DNA of 42,662 nt, taken from IMG/VR virus record IMGVR_UViG_3300046011_008537; one strand, 5' to 3'. Positions 25,777-37,500 of the stretch are shown here, one piece after another; positions within the stretch are counted from its first letter, which is position 1, and each line of letters starts with the position of its first letter. This DNA comes from a virus (taxonomy: Duplodnaviria > Heunggongvirae > Uroviricota > Caudoviricetes). The position numbers were made by a program, and so were the translations under genes. The notes under the pieces are model-generated. The model searched no databases. It saw only the letters and a list, made by a program, of their open reading frames with translations, and had not been told where the DNA came from.

Positions 25777-28700
25777 ATGCTAAATTTTAATACACAACCA
25801 TACTATGATGATTTTAACGAAGATAAGAATTTTCATAGAATTTTATTTAAACCTGGAGCAGCAGTACAAGCAAGAGAATTAACTCAAGCGCAATCAATAC
25901 TGCAAGACCAAATTGGCAAATTCGGTAAATTTGTTTTATCTGATGGATCTAATGTAAGCGGTGGAAAATACACATTAAACACAAACGTAAAATCGTTAAA
26001 TTTAAAAAATATTGATTCAATTGCAACTGATATTGAATTTTTTACGGAAATGTTTGTTGTTGGGTCTCAATCAAAATGCGTAGGTTTAATTACTTCATGT
26101 GATATTTTAAATTATTATATGACAGTTAAATCTCTAATTAGAGGCGAAGTAAATTTTATTAGCGAAGAAACTTTATATATTTTTTCTTCTCGAGAAGTCG
26201 CATACGCATATCGTGCTGGTAATGAAACTATTATTACAAATAAACAATATGATTATACAGCGAAATTAAATATAGACCAAAATTACCCTATTTCTGGTTG
26301 TTTTGGACAAAAAGACTCGTACACGTTTACTATACCAACACAAACAATTAGTATTGGTAATATTATTACAGTAGCAAGCGAAAATTATAATACAAATTAT
26401 ATTGTAACTGAAATTGGTTATGATGGAACATTTAAGGTACATAGACAATTAACGAGTGATTTTAATAACGTTTCTGTAAATGTCGCAGCATATGCATCGA
26501 ATTATGTATTAGAAGTAAGTTTTTCTGATGGCGTATATTTTACTAATAATACATTTGTAAAAGCATTACCGCAATCAATTATTCCAAATTTAACTACACA
26601 ATATCCAAGTTGCTGTATCGGATTTGAAGTTGTTGAAACAGTTGTAGATTATATTGACGATACATCATTACTTGATCCAGCGCAAGGATCATACAATTAT
26701 ACTGCTCCAGGAGCAGATAGATATAAAATTTATTTAAATTTAGTTTCAAAACCGCTAATTAATGGTGGCATCGACCAAACAACATTAACCAATTCTAAAT
26801 TTATTGAATTGTTAAGAATTAAAAATGGTACTGTTGTTTATGATAACACTAGCCCAGTTCTTGGTGGATTAGAAGATGTACTCGCGGCTCAAATGTATGA
26901 TCATGCAGGAAATTTTATTGTAACTCCATTTAATATTTCATTTAGCGATTCAAATTTTACTGATGCAGCTACAACATTAAATGCAGTAGTTTCTTCTGGA
27001 AAAGCATACGTTTATGGGTATCCATATAATGCTACATTTCCTACCTATCTATCATTAGATAAGGCAAGAGAGACTGCAAACTCATTAAATAATATAACTA
27101 GCACATATTATGGTAATAGCGTAAGAATTTCTGATGCATCAGGCAAATTACCCATTCCTTCTTTAGGATCAAGAGTTGAAATACATTCTGTTAGTAAAAA
27201 TCAAAGCAAAACTAATGAAACGAGATTAGGTTATGCTTATGTTGGTAATATTGATTATACAACAACAAATGAATATTCATTATATTTGTACAATTTAACT
27301 ATTTCTGATCAAAAATTAGCTATGGCTAACTCTATAGTTGGCGCTAATTTTGCTGCGAATACAATACTAACGTCAGGCGTTAATGTTGTTACGGATTCAA
27401 AATATAATAAATTATTATTTAAATTACCATATTCGAATCCATCATCAATTTTTGATGCATCTTTAACATTAGATAAATTTACAACAATTTCTGTGTCATC
27501 AAGTACAGCTATATTGGAAACTTATAGCGGAAATAAACAATTTTCTTGCGGCGTTAATACAAATATTGATGGATTACCTCTTAGCACGAAAAATGAAAAT
27601 TTTATTCTTGTTGCAAAAACTACTAATGGCGCATATAGTTCTGGAGAATATATTGATTTAGCTGATGTTGTAATTAAAGTTCAAAATATTGGCGATAATT
27701 ATAGAGCAACATTTACGTTCTTAAATAGTTACACAGGATCAATTGACGTTAAATATAGCATCTACAATACTGCTCCAGCAAAAAAAGTAAAAAACCTTCA
27801 GAAAAATAAAATAGTACAAATTGATTGTAAAACCACGCCAACAAGTTTAGGGTATTCTGATATTGCAACATTCAAAGGAGTATTTAAAGCTCCTATTAAT
27901 AGCGCAGTTTATATTCCAGGAAGTAATGATTCTTGGGAGGCAGCAATTGCATATGATCAATATAATGTTGTAAAATTTGGCGATAAATTGTATATATCTA
28001 CAATTTCTTCTAATAGTAATAATTCTCCTCCATCTAATCCATCTAACTGGAAACTATTAGAAAATACTAAAATTAATTATAAACTGGATAATGGCCAAAA
28101 AGAATTTTTCTATGACCATGGAACAATATCTTCTCTATCTGCAGCTAATGTTGGGAAACTATTTGTATTATTTGATTATTATACCCATTCTTCTGGTGAA
28201 TATATTGCATTTAATTCGTATCCTAATGGATATAGAGATATCGCATCAGTAAAAATTAATAATACGATATACGATTTAAAAGATTATATTGATTTTAGAC
28301 CGCGCAGAAAAGATTCTTCTGATGCTACGATGGTATTGTATGACGATTATACAATACCATCAACAATAACTGATTCTAGGTTCTATTATGACATGTCATA
28401 TTATCTAGGAAGAATAGATAAATTAATATTAACCGGAGAAAGAAAATTACAATGGTTTAAAGGTGTATCATCTTATAAAAATTATATTCCACCCAAAGAT
28501 GATGTTAACGGAATGACTATTGCGACTATACAATTTGACCCATATACTCCAGACGCAAAATCTATAAAAATTAATTATTCTAAACATCGCAGATATACTA
28601 TGGACGATATTGGTACATTAGATACTCGTTTAACTAATGTCGAATATTATACTGCATTAACTATGGGCGAAAAAACAGCATTAGGTACAAATATAGTTGA

Positions 28701-31700
28701 TGAGTATGGCACAAGATTAAAAAATGGATTTATAGTCGATTCATTTACTAATTTAACTGTTGTTGATTTATCTACAAATGATAGAAATGTATCAATAGAT
28801 TTAGTTAAAAATTTAGCTAGACCCGCTTTTGATAAAAGAGAGTATTCGCAAATTACAGCATCAAAAGATGAGTTTGCTAATGAAGATTTAAACTTAAAAA
28901 TTTACCCAAATGGATTAGTAAGTTTTAAATCTGCGCGCAAACCTATAATTGTACAAGATCAAGCAACTGGTTATGTAAAAATTAATCAATTTGATTCTAT
29001 TTCATATAAAGGCGATTTATATTTAACTCCTCAATCTCAAGTATTCCCTGAACAATCCGGAGCAAATGTTCCAATTATTAATGAAGATACTGCTGCTATA
29101 GTAGCAGCGAAAACAACTCCGGGATTGGTATTTAATGACTGGCAAACATTTTATTCAAACACAACTGACTACAAAATAGAGGAAGGGTCAACTAGCGAAG
29201 TTACTTATGGAAAATCAGTTTATTCTGTTTCTACTGCGATTGTAGGTAAAGCAACCGAAACGCATAAAGATTTAATATCAGCTATAGTTCCTAAAACAAA
29301 ACAAACGACAATTAATTTTAGAGCAACTGGATTAGCTCCATTTACACGAATGTATGTTTATATTGCAAATAGGCTTGTTAGTGGATATGTTACCCCAGAT
29401 CATAATCCAATGGGCATAATTACTGGAGTTGCAATTAATTCTGGCGGTATAGGATACTCAGCAGGAGCAACGGCAGTATTAACTTCAGCTGCAAATGTTA
29501 CTGCTACATTTAAATTAAATGTTACTGGTGGTGTTATTGATTCAGTTACTATTACTAATATTGGAGCTGGATATACAACAAGTGGAACAACAAAACATAC
29601 TCTAACTATCACAGATTCAACACATACTACTACTGCTGAACTTGTAGCAGTTACCAATCCTAAACAAGGAACTTATTTATATACTGATGCTAGCGGAGAA
29701 TGTTCTGGTAGTTTAACTATACCAAATAATGATATGCTTAGTTTTGATGCTGGGGAATTATTGATAACTGTTTGTAGTACTCCTCATTATGATATAGCAA
29801 ATGCACTTTCTTGCGCTCAAGCAATCTATTATTCAAAATATGCATTTTTTGAAAACATTGTTACTTCAATAAGAAAACCATATATTAAAAAAATTAGAGA
29901 TATTCCTGATCCTCCTGTAAAACCAAGAGTAGGACAAATTATTGTACCATCTAAAATATCATATACGTTTAGCGATTATAAACTCTCTTATGCACAAACA
30001 AAAAGTGGTATATTAACTATTCCAATATATTTAAGTGGAGATGCACCGACTTCTGATGTTATCGTTACATATAATCTTAATGCTTCGCATGATCAACCTG
30101 GAGCAGTGGAAATTAATTCAGCAACACCAAGTCAATTTACATTTACGCCATCAAATTATACAACTAAACAAGATTTAGTTATAAACTACAATTTAAATGG
30201 AACGGTACCAAGTAATAAATTGGCAAGTTATATCGAATTTTATGCAGCTTCTTCTGATCCTGTATATAATTATGCAGGAATAGTAAAACCAGCTGAATCG
30301 TGGACTAAAAATTATATAATTGGAACTGCAACTACAAATTTATCTCCAATAGTAATTACAGATCCAAATCCAATAACAAAACAAGAACAAATTAATACAA
30401 TAATTCAACAAGAACATCCAAAAATTACAGTAACTAATTGCAGCATTCCAAATGAAAAAGGAACTGGATCTATTGTTGTCACATATAGTGGAACTGATAT
30501 TGGTTGGCATACTGCATCAACAACTACATATCCTCTACAATTTACAGCTGAACTTGTCGAAAATAACAGTGGAGTTACAATTACTTCTTCTGAATATCAA
30601 GCCGAAACTACAAATAAAGATCTTCAAACTGGTTCAACTAGACAAATAAAACAATTTCAAAATGAATATTTGTCATTTATGTTTAATCTTTATGGTGTGG
30701 CTCAAGGAACTTATCATGTAAAAGTAACTATTCACTCAAATAATCCAAACTGGGAAGGATTAAACGCGACTTCTACTGTCACAGTCGGAGCTGCAATAGT
30801 ACCTCCAGTTGATCCAAATATAATAGTTTGGTCTAATAATAATACAAGCCCAACAATTGGTGAACTTAATAATCCACCAAGAACTACGCATTCTAAAGGT
30901 GGAAGCAATATTATTGGTATAACATTAAATAAAGCTCCCACTGGTAGCGTATTAGTTAAAGCCAATTCATCATTAATGACTGGTGGCGGTGATGTAGTTA
31001 CGTTTTCTAATAATTTTACAGATTATGCGCTTGGTAATACAGTTACATTTACGGCAAGTAATTGGGATAAGTTACATTCTTTTGTTGCTCTTGGGTATGA
31101 TAACCTAAATAACGAATCTCTTATTACAACTCCATATTTTATTGATTTAAAAGCATCTGCCAGTAATCCTGCTGATTCAGGTTTCGTTGGTTTGTCGAAA
31201 CGAATTCCAATAACAAATACTGATTACGCAGAAGCTATTGGTGAGCCGATTTTGACAATTCTTGGAACAAAAACAACTGGCAATGGGTCTATAATTTCGG
31301 TATCCGTTGCATTAACTTCTCCTCCATTAGGAAACGATGTTGTTCGAGTTATGTTTGAATCTAATAATACAACAACTGGCGGTATTATTATTACTGGATC
31401 TGTATATGGCGCAAATGGTATATTCCAGTTTACAAATTCAAATTACGGCGTTCCTCAAACTCTACAAATTCAAGGAGCGCCTTTATCAGCTCTTGACTCT
31501 GGAGATGATGTAAAATATATATTAAAGTGTACATCCGAAAAATGGGATACAGTTAACAATAAGAAAATTGCATCTGAATGGACTAATGAGATACTTACTG
31601 ATTTAATTAACTCTCCATACATATATCGGTCAACTTCTGTAACCACAACTAGAAGAACTAAAAGATATGAGGCTTTGTGTTTAGGCAGAGATCCAAAATC

Positions 31701-32721
31701 ATGGACTCCAGATATGACTCAAATACAAGCTAATATTCAACCGGAAAATAATCGCGGGACTATAGTTAGTTATCAAGTAGTTGGCCCATGGATTGATGTT
31801 GCACAAAATGCGCTTAAATATACTGCAAACTTTACAGGAAAAATATCTGCGCAAAGATCATCGTCCACTAAAGTTACACAAACTAATCACGCGGATTTAA
31901 CAATAAGTTTAGATCCCAAATTTTATAATAATGTTTTAGATACTATGTTTGTTAATCCAAAAATTACATGTATTTCTGCATATAATATGACATCACTAAA
32001 AGATGTAACTGGTTCTATTAAGATTGATACAGCAGCTTCTGCAGGTTCTAATAGCCCTACAGTACCAGCAAGAGGCGGGTTTTTTGCCGTAATACCATAT
32101 ACAGGAAAAAATGGTACTGAAGTTCAACTAGTGACTACTTTTTATATTTCCGGAATATATTTTGATGCAATTGCAGCTGGATTTAAAGTTTCTGAATATG
32201 TTGATCAAGAGATAACAACTACATATTATAGAACAGACACATATGAACAAATTGGCGTACCTGACGTCAAAACTATTACTGGTACCGGAACTGACGTTGA
32301 TTGGAAATCTTCTCCTGAATCAGTTTTAGCTGCATATAATGTTATCGCAAATAATAGAGCTTATGATGCAATTTTACCTCAAACTGGATATAATCTTCGC
32401 GATAGGTTTTTATCTAAAGGCGTATTTACATCTGACATACGCGTGTTTGAAATAGAAACTCTTAAATCCAATTTACAAAATAAAGGTATATTTATTGAAA
32501 AAATTAAAGAAAAAATTATTAATAGTGGTGGCTTTTCAGGCAATATTGACCCGAAATTAAAGACTGCATACACAAAAGAGTTAAATGACTATAATAATAT
32601 TATTTTGGAATTAAACACTCTAGGTCTTGACGTAGCTGCTGCAGGAGGATATACAGTAATACCTCTTGTTTGGAATCCATTTGAATATACCAGTTCAATT
32701 AATTACGACTCTAATAGATAG
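25777..32721 (+). CDS. Large virion structural protein (DUF4815/VrlC-like), N-terminal and central part
   Basis: FNTQPYYDDF...FHRILFKPG.AVQARELTQ.QSILQ, APGADRY, DFRPR, YYLGRID, RLKNGFIVDSF. Confidence 0.8.
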   Translation: MLNFNTQPYYDDFNEDKNFHRILFKPGAAVQARELTQAQSILQDQIGKFGKFVLSDGSNVSGGKYTLNTNVKSLNLKNIDSIATDIEFFTEMFVVGSQSKCVGLITSCDILNYYMTVKSLIRGEVNFISEETLYIFSSREVAYAYRAGNETIITNKQYDYTAKLNIDQNYPISGCFGQKDSYTFTIPTQTISIGNIITVASENYNTNYIVTEIGYDGTFKVHRQLTSDFNNVSVNVAAYASNYVLEVSFSDGVYFTNNTFVKALPQSIIPNLTTQYPSCCIGFEVVETVVDYIDDTSLLDPAQGSYNYTAPGADRYKIYLNLVSKPLINGGIDQTTLTNSKFIELLRIKNGTVVYDNTSPVLGGLEDVLAAQMYDHAGNFIVTPFNISFSDSNFTDAATTLNAVVSSGKAYVYGYPYNATFPTYLSLDKARETANSLNNITSTYYGNSVRISDASGKLPIPSLGSRVEIHSVSKNQSKTNETRLGYAYVGNIDYTTTNEYSLYLYNLTISDQKLAMANSIVGANFAANTILTSGVNVVTDSKYNKLLFKLPYSNPSSIFDASLTLDKFTTISVSSSTAILETYSGNKQFSCGVNTNIDGLPLSTKNENFILVAKTTNGAYSSGEYIDLADVVIKVQNIGDNYRATFTFLNSYTGSIDVKYSIYNTAPAKKVKNLQKNKIVQIDCKTTPTSLGYSDIATFKGVFKAPINSAVYIPGSNDSWEAAIAYDQYNVVKFGDKLYISTISSNSNNSPPSNPSNWKLLENTKINYKLDNGQKEFFYDHGTISSLSAANVGKLFVLFDYYTHSSGEYIAFNSYPNGYRDIASVKINNTIYDLKDYIDFRPRRKDSSDATMVLYDDYTIPSTITDSRFYYDMSYYLGRIDKLILTGERKLQWFKGVSSYKNYIPPKDDVNGMTIATIQFDPYTPDAKSIKINYSKHRRYTMDDIGTLDTRLTNVEYYTALTMGEKTALGTNIVDEYGTRLKNGFIVDSFTNLTVVDLSTNDRNVSIDLVKNLARPAFDKREYSQITASKDEFANEDLNLKIYPNGLVSFKSARKPIIVQDQATGYVKINQFDSISYKGDLYLTPQSQVFPEQSGANVPIINEDTAAIVAAKTTPGLVFNDWQTFYSNTTDYKIEEGSTSEVTYGKSVYSVSTAIVGKATETHKDLISAIVPKTKQTTINFRATGLAPFTRMYVYIANRLVSGYVTPDHNPMGIITGVAINSGGIGYSAGATAVLTSAANVTATFKLNVTGGVIDSVTITNIGAGYTTSGTTKHTLTITDSTHTTTAELVAVTNPKQGTYLYTDASGECSGSLTIPNNDMLSFDAGELLITVCSTPHYDIANALSCAQAIYYSKYAFFENIVTSIRKPYIKKIRDIPDPPVKPRVGQIIVPSKISYTFSDYKLSYAQTKSGILTIPIYLSGDAPTSDVIVTYNLNASHDQPGAVEINSATPSQFTFTPSNYTTKQDLVINYNLNGTVPSNKLASYIEFYAASSDPVYNYAGIVKPAESWTKNYIIGTATTNLSPIVITDPNPITKQEQINTIIQQEHPKITVTNCSIPNEKGTGSIVVTYSGTDIGWHTASTTTYPLQFTAELVENNSGVTITSSEYQAETTNKDLQTGSTRQIKQFQNEYLSFMFNLYGVAQGTYHVKVTIHSNNPNWEGLNATSTVTVGAAIVPPVDPNIIVWSNNNTSPTIGELNNPPRTTHSKGGSNIIGITLNKAPTGSVLVKANSSLMTGGGDVVTFSNNFTDYALGNTVTFTASNWDKLHSFVALGYDNLNNESLITTPYFIDLKASASNPADSGFVGLSKRIPITNTDYAEAIGEPILTILGTKTTGNGSIISVSVALTSPPLGNDVVRVMFESNNTTTGGIIITGSVYGANGIFQFTNSNYGVPQTLQIQGAPLSALDSGDDVKYILKCTSEKWDTVNNKKIASEWTNEILTDLINSPYIYRSTSVTTTRRTKRYEALCLGRDPKSWTPDMTQIQANIQPENNRGTIVSYQVVGPWIDVAQNALKYTANFTGKISAQRSSSTKVTQTNHADLTISLDPKFYNNVLDTMFVNPKITCISAYNMTSLKDVTGSIKIDTAASAGSNSPTVPARGGFFAVIPYTGKNGTEVQLVTTFYISGIYFDAIAAGFKVSEYVDQEITTTYYRTDTYEQIGVPDVKTITGTGTDVDWKSSPESVLAAYNVIANNRAYDAILPQTGYNLRDRFLSKGVFTSDIRVFEIETLKSNLQNKGIFIEKIKEKIINSGGFSGNIDPKLKTAYTKELNDYNNIILELNTLGLDVAAAGGYTVIPLVWNPFEYTSSINYDSNR

Positions 32722-32765
32722 TCGTTTTGAAAATATATGTAAATAAAACTTAAAAAGGGCTTTTT

Positions 32766-34256
32766 ATGTCGCTAGATAGATCTTTAATAACATCTTATGT
32801 CAAAAATAAATTTATGACATCTGATTATATAAAAAATAGAATAAAACCAACCGGAACTCAAAAATATTATGACGAAGAAATTCAATTTTGGGTTGAACAA
32901 ATTTACAATTCTGGTTGGGAGGAAACTTTATTTAATATAGAATTCAATAAAGTATATGAAACAAATCATGATAAATCATTAAGTTCTATATCTCCCAATG
33001 ATTATATCGGGCAAACTTTTTACATAGATAATAAATCGTACCCAAAAGGTATGTTTATACATGATATTTGTATATTTACTGCACTAGAAGATACTTCAAT
33101 TCCATTAACTCTTGATCTTAGAAAATTAGTTAATGGTATTCCTGAAGTCGATACGCTGCCATTATCATCCGTTACAATAAGACCGGCATACGATAGAACT
33201 GAAGCGCAAATTATTCCATGGGAACCTGATGCTATAGAAAAAAATAGTTTACGACAATTTAAATTTGACCATCCAGTCTTTGTTGAACCTGGATGGTATT
33301 GTTTTACTTTAAAAACTTCATCGTCAAAATATTCAGTCTATATTGCAGAAAATGGGAAAGGAACACTAAATACAGGAAAAACTGTAGTTAACCCATATCT
33401 AGGAGATTTTATATATTCGAGTCAAGGAGAATCATGGGTTATTGACCCAACAAAAGATTTATGCTTTGAGTTATCTAAATCCGAATTTCTTGTAGGAGAA
33501 AGAAATTTATATTTAAACATTAAACCAGAACAGTATTCTGATGAATTTGCATATGATTTATTACATTTTAAAACATCAATAACTGAAGTTCCTGGGCATT
33601 CGTATTTAGAAGAAGCTAAAGCAACTGTAACTGAATTTGGTACAAATAATTCTAACGACGTTGTCATATTTAAAAATAGTAATGCTGTTCCGCCATCGCA
33701 TTCCACTATTAATAACAATGATGGCGCATTAATGTTAACATTAAAATTAATAAATAAAGATCCAAATTTAACACCTATAGTAGATTTACATGAGACTGGA
33801 GTTGTGTTGGTTAGAAATATTGTTGATTCGTACAGTCAATATATTTCCGATTCAGAATTAGGTCCAAATGGAAGCGCGTTTGCAAAATATATAACAAAAC
33901 CAATAATATTAAACGACGGGTTTGATGCTGATGGTATAACAGTATATCTTGACGTTAATAGACCAACTGGGTCTGATATAGAATTATTCTATAAAGTGTT
34001 AAATAAATATGACACCAGTGTTGCATTTGAAAATGCTAGGTGGCGTAGATTACCAAAAAAATCAACAGAAACAGCTTCACAATTATCTATTGATTTCGCT
34101 GAAGAAGAATATCAACAATTAAATATGTTTTATTTAGGCGAAAACGGCGAAACTTACACTACATTTAACCAATTAGCAATTAAAGTTGTATTTTATACTG
34201 ATGATCCAACAAAAGTACCGTCTATTAAGAATTTTAGAGCTATTGCTTCTGTATAA
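32766..34256 (+). CDS. Virion structural protein corresponding to the usual C-terminal part of DUF4815/VrlC-like proteins
   Basis: GQTF....KGMFI..I...IPLT...R...NGIP, FKFDHPVF, DLCF, KYITKPI.L, VPSIKNFRAIA. Confidence 0.7.
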   Translation: MSLDRSLITSYVKNKFMTSDYIKNRIKPTGTQKYYDEEIQFWVEQIYNSGWEETLFNIEFNKVYETNHDKSLSSISPNDYIGQTFYIDNKSYPKGMFIHDICIFTALEDTSIPLTLDLRKLVNGIPEVDTLPLSSVTIRPAYDRTEAQIIPWEPDAIEKNSLRQFKFDHPVFVEPGWYCFTLKTSSSKYSVYIAENGKGTLNTGKTVVNPYLGDFIYSSQGESWVIDPTKDLCFELSKSEFLVGERNLYLNIKPEQYSDEFAYDLLHFKTSITEVPGHSYLEEAKATVTEFGTNNSNDVVIFKNSNAVPPSHSTINNNDGALMLTLKLINKDPNLTPIVDLHETGVVLVRNIVDSYSQYISDSELGPNGSAFAKYITKPIILNDGFDADGITVYLDVNRPTGSDIELFYKVLNKYDTSVAFENARWRRLPKKSTETASQLSIDFAEEEYQQLNMFYLGENGETYTTFNQLAIKVVFYTDDPTKVPSIKNFRAIASV

Positions 34257-34499
34257 ATGGAAAAACTAAAAGTTAAAGATGCTCCGGGATGGATTAAAGA
34301 TCCATCCTCTAAAGCTGTATTAAATACCGATTTATCTGCATTAGAACAACGCAAACAAAATAAGAAGAAAATTAATCAAATAAATAGTTTAGAAGGAGAT
34401 CTTAGTAATGTTAAATCTGAACTAACTGAACTAAAATCAGAAATTAAAGATATTAAAGATATTTTATTGCAATTTATAAATGCCAAGTCTAATTTATAA
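34257..34499 (+). CDS. Small coiled-coil virion-associated protein
   Basis: VKD.PGW.KD..SKAVLNTD then a heptad-repeat helix; usual neighbour of VrlC-like genes. Confidence 0.7.
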   Translation: MEKLKVKDAPGWIKDPSSKAVLNTDLSALEQRKQNKKKINQINSLEGDLSNVKSELTELKSEIKDIKDILLQFINAKSNL

Positions 34500-34502
34500 A
34501 TA
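34495..34502 (+). promoter_or_regulatory. T4 late promoter
   Basis: Exact TATAAATA 35 nt upstream of the fibre GTG start. Confidence 0.75.
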
Positions 34503-34536
34503 TAGCTATAAAAATTTTATTTAAAGGGAAATACTA

Positions 34537-37500
34537 GTGGCTATATCTCAGATTACATATTCTAATACATTCTCGCATTGGATGGTGGTGACAAATCAAT
34601 TGGCGAGCGTCGTTAATACCCTCACTTCAGGGGATTTTTATAAAAATCAAGGAACTTTATATTTAAATTCTCCGCAAACGGGTTTATATGTAGGTAATTC
34701 TGCGATTTTAGGTGGAAACGTAACTATATCTGGTCCAACTGGAACTATATTAGAAATTCGTAATCCAACAAATATTTATAATACCCTTTCTGTTGCAAAC
34801 CTTATTAATGGTAGCTTAATACGAAGCGATACAATAATTTCTTCAATTAATGTATTTACGTCAACTGCAACAGTTAACACCAAACTTACTGTTGCCAATT
34901 CTTCTGTATTATCTGGAAATACTAGAATAACTGGAGATTTTGCAGTAGCGGGCAATACAGTAATTTCTGGTAATACATCTCTTTCTGGTACTACCAGAAT
35001 TAATGACGGTATGACATTAATTGGCGTATTAAATGCAACTGGAAGTATTATTGCTAATGGAACAATTGATTTATCTGGTAATTTAAATTTAACCGGCGAT
35101 TCAACTTTAACTGGTGATATAACATCAACTGGTAATACTGCATTTTATGGGAAAAGTGCGTTTTCTGGAAATACTGTAATATCTGGAGATATTACATCAA
35201 CAGGAAATACTGCGATTTTAGGTAAAACTGTTGTATCTGGAAATACATCGTTAGCTGGAAATACGGCTCTATCTGGAAATACATCGTTAGCTGGCAATAA
35301 TACTTTATCTGGAAGTACTCTATTAACTGGAAGCGTTAATTTAGTAGGAAATACTGCTTTATCTGGTAATAATAATCTATCTGGAAGTACAGCGTTAACG
35401 GGCAATACTATATTATCCGGTAATACCAATTTATCTGGAGAAGTATTATCTTCCGGAAATACAACTATTTCAGGAAATGTAATAATCAATGGTATCATAT
35501 CTTTATCTGGAACTACAATTTCTTCTGGAAATACAACAATTTTAGGAAGAAATATTTTATCCGGTAATACATCATTAGCCGGAAATACTGCTTTATCTGG
35601 AAATACAACTATTTCAGGGAATATTACGGTTTATGATACAATAAGTATAATTAACAATAAAGGCGTTTCTGCTAATGGACCAATTAAAAGCGACACAACT
35701 GTTTCCGGTTCAGTATTAGTATCAGATATATTACGAGTAAATTCAAATGTAGTTTTTGATACAACTAATGTAAAAATTAAAAGTTCCGACGGATTATCAT
35801 ATAATGTAATCTCATCAAAAGATTTAAGTGATGCTAATGCTACAATTTATAGAGATTTAGCCAATACAAATGCTAGTGTTGTTTCTACAAATACCTATGT
35901 GCAAAATTGGGCAAATAGTACATTCCTTAAATTTTCTGGAAACCCGTTAACTACAGCTTTAATACCAACATTACAAGTTACAAGTTTTACAACGAAAGAT
36001 TTGGTAGTAACTGGGGTTTTTACTAACCAAGGTTCTACGATTACAGATACTAATGAATATATTTTCCAAGCAAACTCAGGTTTACCAACATCCGTTAGTT
36101 CCCAGATTACCGTAAATAGAGGCGAATCAGCTAATACCGCAAACGTTAATGCTATGATTAGATGGAATAATCCATCTACACAATGGGAAATTAGAGATGT
36201 TAATAGTAATACATCATATTATAAAATAACTACAAAAAATGAATTAGATGGAGCAAATACATTTTTAACAACATTGATTGGTAATAAATTTACTAATGCA
36301 GCAACATTCGGTAGCGATTTAACTGTTGCAGGTAATTTGGTTGTTAACGGATTAACAACTACAATTAATACAAATACATTATCTATTGATGATAAAAATA
36401 TAACTCTTGGCGATGTTGCTTCATACACTTCAGTTACATTTACTTGCAGTAGTGGTTCTCCAATTATAGCTGTTACATCAACTGCTGGGTTAATTCCTGG
36501 AATGATTATTACTAAAACTGGCGGTCAAGCTACTCCTCCAGGTGGAGCGGCTACAATTGTTTCTGTTGATTCTACCACACAAATTACTGTTAATGTTAAT
36601 ATAAACACAACTAGCGGAACGCAATTTGTTGGCGATATTGCCGGCGTCTCAGACTTAACTGCTAATAGCGGAGGTATCACATTAAAAGGCACAATCGATA
36701 AGACTTTTAATTGGGCAAATACAACTTTTTCTGCGTGGACTAGTTCCGAAAATATTGCATTAGCTAGTGGTAAATCTATTATACTTAATGGTTCTTCTTC
36801 TGGTATAACTACAGTACAACCAAGCGCGATTGCTGGGGGAGTTTTAACATTATCAGCTAATACTGGAACTGTAATATCTACTGGTGATACTGGAACTGTA
36901 ACTAACGCAATGTTAAATGGTTCTATCACAAACAATAAATTCGCAAATAGTTCTATAACTATTGGAACTACAAATATTGCATTAGGTTCTTCTAATACTA
37001 CATTAAGAGGAATTACAAACTTAACTTTTGCAAATACTATCAATTCAGGAAATACAGTTTCTTTGATTGCTGATAATATTGGTGGGAATAATATAATTAT
37101 ATTCCCGAATCAATCCGGAACAGTAATTCTTTCTGGAGCAACAGGAGCTCCAATTACTGCTGCTATGATTGCAAATAATTCTATTGCAAATAATCATATT
37201 CATGATAGTGCTGCTATTGCAACATATAAATTAGCTGCAAATTCAGTAACACTTGGAACTACTAAATTAAATTTAGGCGAATCAAGTAATTCAATTCAAA
37301 ATATTGTTAATATAAAATTTGCAAATACTATCAATTCAGGAAATACAGTTTCTTTGATTGCTGATAATATTGGTGGGAATAATATAATTATATTCCCGAA
37401 TCAATCCGGAACAGTTGTACTTTCAGGCGGTGGTGGCGGCTCTAGTGGTGCATCAATTACTGCTGCTATGATTGCAAATAATTCTATTGCAAATAATCAT

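Noticed and set aside
32721-32766. Stop-codon readthrough or recoding joining the two DUF4815 parts; alternative genetic code
   Set aside because: TAG terminates several otherwise complete genes (phoH, first endonuclease, kinase), and all core genes are intact under code 11. The second ORF has its own ATG after a 44-nt gap and lies in a different frame.
34900-35640. CRISPR array or DGR template/variable repeat
   Set aside because: The repeats are contiguous, in-frame and degenerate, with no unique spacers. The 37027-37547 duplication shows no adenine-specific variation, and there is no reverse transcriptase in the window.
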